This document shows, piece by piece, positions 59,001-64,000 of a stretch of 64,000 nt of DNA. A model generated the notes under the pieces. The model made no database searches. It saw only the letters and a list, made by a program, of their open reading frames with translations, and had not been told where the DNA came from. The stretch's first letter is position 1. Each line of letters starts with the position of its first letter. The position numbers and the translations under genes were made by a program. Origin of the DNA: Monocercomonoides exilis PA203 (taxonomy: Eukaryota > Protista > Preaxostyla); assembly GCA_001643675.2 (NCBI GenBank), contig LSRY02000014.1:372001-436000 (forward strand). Direction: 5' to 3'.

Positions 59001-61276
59001 AAACTTCTTCAGCTGCTTCATCATCTTCGCTTTCACAAAACCCATTTTTAGCATCCTCTTCCTCTTCCTCTTCATCCTCCTCTTCATCTCCATTTTCTTC
59101 TTCTCCTTTCTCTGTCGAATCGCACAATGTAAAATATGCCTGTGACGTTCCATGTTTCCCTTGTGCCAAAAGCACTCCTGCTTCAAACGGATGCTTGTCT
59201 ACTTCTGAAATAAGTGTCCCAGTCAAAACAGAAAATTCTTCTGTTCAGTCTCTTTCTTTCCCTGCTGAAACATCTTCTTCTTCAACTACTCCTACTGCCT
59301 CTGCTTCTGCCTCTGCTTCATCATCATCATCTTCTTCTTCAATTAATTCACCCATTCATCCATCTGAAGACAATTCAAAGCTAAGCGATGTGACTGCAGC
59401 TGTTGAGCAGCTGAAACTGAGTCTGCCACCTTATCCAAAAATGCCTTCATTTTCTTCTCTGCCTCCTCTTCCCCCTCTTCCCCCATTCAAACGAACTGAT
59501 AAGATTAACACCAATTCATCATCATCATCATCATCATCTTCTTCTTCTTCTTCTTTGTCATCTTCACCCTCACTTTCAACATCTTCCATTAATTCCACTT
59601 CATCATCCAGCCTTCCATCTCACTCTCTCCCCACCCTCACCCCGTCTGCCTTGCACGATCTCTTGTCCTCTGCTCGCAGATGCATCCGCGCCGACTTCGA
59701 CTTCCTCTCAAATTCTGCCCATCTCCTCAACCGCTCAGCTGCTCTGATGGAAGACACCCTCGCAGCCGCTGAAGAAGTGAAGACGAGAGTGAATGAGATG
59801 CAGAGAAAGAAAGATGATGATGGTAATGATGATGGCTTGTTTGGAAGGAAGAGCGAGTTGTTCCCGTCATTCTGCTCAAAACTCAAAGAAGAAGATGATA
59901 AAGAGGAGAAAGACGAAGAGAAAGACGAAGGAATTGAAAGAGAAGGCAAAAACAGGCAAACAAAGCAATCTTCTCGCAATTCACGTGTTCAGCAGCCTTC
60001 TCTTCAAAAGACCCACTTTTCTTCTCAAACAGCAGCAGAAGCGTCTTCCTCAATGAGCAGCCTGATTCATCGCCTTTCCTCTAAAAACAAAGGGCGCATG
60101 CAACACACAGACAAAATCCTGCCTTCATTCACATCGACTGCCTTGTTCAATGCAGATGTGTCTCCATTCACAGTCAGCAGGAATAGTGCAGGTGTTAGTG
60201 ATGCTCTGTCTGAAGTGCCTCAGCCTCCGTCTGCTTCTGCTTCTGCTTCGTCTTCATCATCATCATCATCATCAACAACAACATCTGAATTGCCAAAGGA
60301 TGATCCATTGAATCTGTTTGTGGATTCGCTTCCATCTCGTATCGATGCACTTCATTGGTCGATTTGCAGAGAAGAAGCGAAAGAGAGAGAGAAGAAGTTG
60401 TTGAAGGAGAAGGAAATGATTGAGAAAAGCAAAGAAATAGAAAGGCAAGTGAATGAGAAAGAAAAACAAAATGCAGAAGATATATCATCATCATTGAATT
60501 TCTCTTCAATGAGCGATATAAAGAAGATGAAGAAGATGCTGCAACGCATACTTTCTGCTATTGAAGAGGAAGATGATGAAGCAGAAGAAGGAGAAGAAGG
60601 TGGTGAAGAAGAAGGACAAAAAGGGAAGAAAGCGATGCATCGAGCAATGAAAGGAGCAGCTGACAGTTCAGAACGAAAGGAGAGGAAGAAGAAAGAGAAA
60701 GGAACAGCAGAAAAGAAACGCGCTCACAAAGAGAGGCACGAAACGAGTGGAAGGTTGGAGAAGGATAAACATGGAGGATATGCTGAGGAAGGAGAAGAAG
60801 AAGATGATGAAGAGGAAGTTGAAGACAGAAGGAAAGGGAAAGAAACAAAAGGAAAGAAGAAGAAGGACAAAAGAAGAGAAGCCAAAGAAGAAGAAGAAGA
60901 AGAAGAACAAGAACAAGAAAGAGAGGAGGATTATGATTCAAGTGAAAGGAACGAACAAAGAGGAAAGTCAGAAAGGAGGCAAAGAAAGCGGAGAATTGAT
61001 GAATTGCAAGGAAATGAAGAGAATGAAGAGAATGAAGAGAGGTCTGAATCAGCAAGTGATGAAGAGAAAGGCAATAGAAAAGCTAAGCAACACATTAGAC
61101 AGCCACAAGAAGGCATTAAGAATGTGCACAAAACAGATCGATTTGAACAAGGGAAAGAAAAACTTGGCGAAAATAAAGCAGAAAACAGTATGAAGACGCA
61201 AAATGTGTTTGATCCGATGTCATTCCTCAATGCCAATGTATTCACAGCACCCTCACTAGCAGCGAATAATGCATTA

Positions 61277-61307
<31 letters not shown>

Positions 61308-64000
61308 CTTCTTCTTTAAAGCAAAAGGAGATGAACAGCTTTGAGACCACATTCAAGCCATCAGCAGAGTCTGTGTTCACAACATTGAAGAATAACACCA
61401 ATCCTTTCATGACACTCTCAAATGGCTCTCCTTTTGCAGCTAAGACACTAACACAGGAGACAGCTGCTCCATCTTCTGCTCAAAACCCATTGGTTTCAGC
61501 AGCATCATCTTCGCCATTTGCATCATCAAAGCAGCCAACAACAGCCACATCTTCTTCCTCAAAGGCTCCTTCTCTTCCCTCTGGCAACATATTCAGCCAG
61601 CTTTCAGACTCTCCTTTCTCTCTCACCAGCAAATCCTCTGCACCCGCCAAAGAAGACAACATCTTTGCCAAAAAAGCTGCAAACCCCTTCGCTTCGGACA
61701 GCGCTTTTCCCAAACCAGATGGCAATTCTGCGTTCACTCTGTTTGATCACAGCCAGAAAAAGAGCGAAAATCATCCAGCTTCAGATGCAAGTGATGAAAA
61801 AACAGCTCAAAAGAAAGAAGAGAAGCCGCAGATTGAAAGCTCCGTGTTCAAAATCTTCCAAAGCACAACAGCACCTTCATCATCAACAACAACTTCTGCT
61901 TCATCATCATCTTCTTCTTCTGATGTTTCTTCAAAAACATCTGATTCTTCCAAGTCATCTTCTGATGCTACTCCATCCAATACCTCATCTTCCTCAGCAG
62001 AAAAATCCCTGAGCACCCCAAAAGCGCCATCAACTGTTTCGTTCAGCACTCCCTCCAACTCCTCCAATCCATTCGGCAGTCTGAATTTCCCGTCTCCTCC
62101 GCCAAACGCCTCACAATCATCCAATTTCCTCGTCTCCAACCCATTCGACTCTCTTTCCAAAGCCTCGCCATTCCAGTTTGGTGCTTCTGCTAAGCCAGCT
62201 GTTGCTCCAAATACGTCCACATCTTCTGTCTTTCCTTCTCCCTTTGCGAATAAAAACGATGCTTCGTCGATCTTTTCAGCAGGCGCGAATTCTTCTGCTT
62301 CTGTTTTCAATACAACCGCTGGAGCTAATTTGTCTGCCTCCATTGAAGAACTGAAGATGAGAGAGAAAGAAAAGGAAAAACAGAAAGAAGAAGAAGAGAA
62401 AGCACAAAGAGAGAAAGAAGAGAAGGAAAGGAAAGAGAAAGAGGAGGAAGAGAAGAGGAGGAAAGAAGCTGAAGAAAAGAAGAAAGCTGAAGAAGAAGCT
62501 GAAAGGAGAAGAATAGAAGAAGAATCGAAGAAGAAAGAGGAAGAAGAGCGAAGAAGAATTGAAGAAGAAGAAAAGAAAAGAAAAATGGAGGAAGAAGAGA
62601 GAAAGAGAAAAGAAGTAGAAGAAGAAGCGAAAAGAAAAGAAGCAGAAGAAAAGAAAAGGAAAGAAGAAGAAGCAGCAGCAAAAAGAGCAGAGGAAGAAAG
62701 GAAGAAGAAAGAAGAAGAAGAAAAGAAAGCAAAAGCAGCATCCAATCAAGGACTGCTGCCAACTCCATCAGCAGGAACAGCCAGCAATCCATTTTCAATG
62801 CTATCAAACTCGTCTAATCCATTCATGACTCTTTCGACTCTCCAACAGCCTCAGCCATCGAATCAGACACAAAAGACAGAAGGAAATGCTGCTCAGCCTG
62901 CACAGAATGCTCTTACTGGAGCAGCCCCTGCTGCTTCATCTGCAACTACAAGTGCTTCTTCTGCTCCTGCTCCTGCTCATTCTCCTTCTTCTACATCTTC
63001 TTCTACTTCTGCACCTTCTTTGGGTGCAAAAACAGCAGCACCAACAACAGCTGCGCCACCTGCTCCTTTCCCACCAATGCCTACACAAAACACAAAACCT
63101 GCTGAAAACAAGCAAAATGCTAATCCTTTCGGAACGCCAAGCTTCCTTTCGCCTTCGACTGTTAATCCTCCGCCCTCAAACATCTTTGGATCACTCTCAA
63201 CCACTCAGCCTTCAGCTCCGTCCTCGTCTGCCCCTGCAAACAGCACTAATCCTCCTCCTCCTGCTGCTGCTGCTTCTGCCCCAGCTGCTCCTGCTGCAGG
63301 TCCATTTGCTGCTCTGTCTTCTGATCCTTTCGGGATCCGCTCGCAGCCTTCTGCCGGAACAAGCACCATGCAAAACATCTTTGCATCAGCAATGAACACA
63401 AACACTGCAGCCGGAACAGCCGCAAAGCCTATGGCTGATTTGAGGCCTGGTGCAACAACAGCAGTTTCAGCAGCAGCGCCTCAAGCTACTGGAACATCAT
63501 CACTGTTCAGCAGCAGCATATCAGCACACCCGACTTCTGCTGCATCTGCCCAGCCTTCTGCAATGCAGCTGGGCGGAATGGCTGCAGCCACAGGCGCATC
63601 TTTCAACCCTTCCTCGATCTTCTCTGCATCGGGCGTGAAGCCTGCCACCTCCAGCATCTTTGCCCCTCAGACAACAGCTCCTGCTGCTCAGCCGTCTGCT
63701 GCTGGCACAAACATATTTGGCGGGTTCGGTTCCAGCTCTTCAACCTCCGCCCCCACTTCATTCGCATCCGTTGCCCAGTCAGCCAACCCGCAGCAGTCGA
63801 TTTTCTCTTCTGTGATGTCCAGCATCCCTTCACAGCCTAATGCTGCTCCTTCAGCAGCAGCACCCAACACCTCATCCATCTTCGGAACATCAATGGCCCC
63901 ACCAGCCGCACCTGCTTCGTCAACAGCATTTGGCGCCATTTCGTCTGCTTTCGGGCAAAGTGCAGCAGGATCCAATCCATTCTCTTCTCCATTTTCGAGC
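56089..64000 (+). CDS. Nup214/Nup159-like FG-repeat nucleoporin, 3'-partial; exons ~56089-56172, 56227-56878, 56958-57053, 57150->64000
   Basis: Three GT-AG introns keep the frame. The last exon is in the same frame at 57152, 59642 and 63962; I spot-checked it, and its absence from the ORF track is consistent with no stop before the edge. It has a beta-rich N-terminal region, central coiled coils, and an S/A/P/T-rich C-terminus with NPFG, FQFG, NIFGS, IFGGFG, SIFG, AFGA and AFGQ. Confidence 0.6.

Noticed and set aside
1-64000. Alternative genetic code (TAA/TAG read as Gln, as in some oxymonads)
   Set aside because: Multi-kb frames are open under the standard code and several genes end in TAA.
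1-64000. tRNA, rRNA or other ncRNA genes
   Set aside because: None recognisable by eye; a covariance-model scan was not possible.

Overview
Eukaryotic protist DNA: AT-rich intergenic spacers, short GT-AG introns clustered near gene 5' ends, and very long exons full of poly-Ser/acidic tracts. The style, including a giant GGxI/Y-repeat receptor-pseudokinase gene, resembles the amitochondriate oxymonad Monocercomonoides; this is inference, not verified. In order: (1) the 3' 17.3 kb of a giant HECT E3 ligase with three CUB-like domains, a zinc ribbon, a degenerate PIMT-like methyltransferase fold and a split UBR-box; (2) a 5-exon Sds3/BRMS1-like gene; (3) a 6-exon TmcB-like membrane protein ending in a hemerythrin-like domain; (4) a receptor-like pseudokinase broken by one in-frame TGA; (5) a ~3.3 kb nest of foldback elements and MITEs; (6) an unknown multi-exon coiled-coil gene; (7) a hugely expanded Atg4 protease; (8) a prokaryote-type CcdA/DsbD-beta transmembrane electron carrier with an extra CPGC/Cys-rich membrane-anchored tail; (9) a Nup214/Nup159-like FG nucleoporin running off the window end. 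Strongest novelty candidates: the CcdA-like protein, the TmcB-hemerythrin fusion and the PIMT+UBR+HECT ligase. All family assignments come from motifs read by eye; no searches were run.
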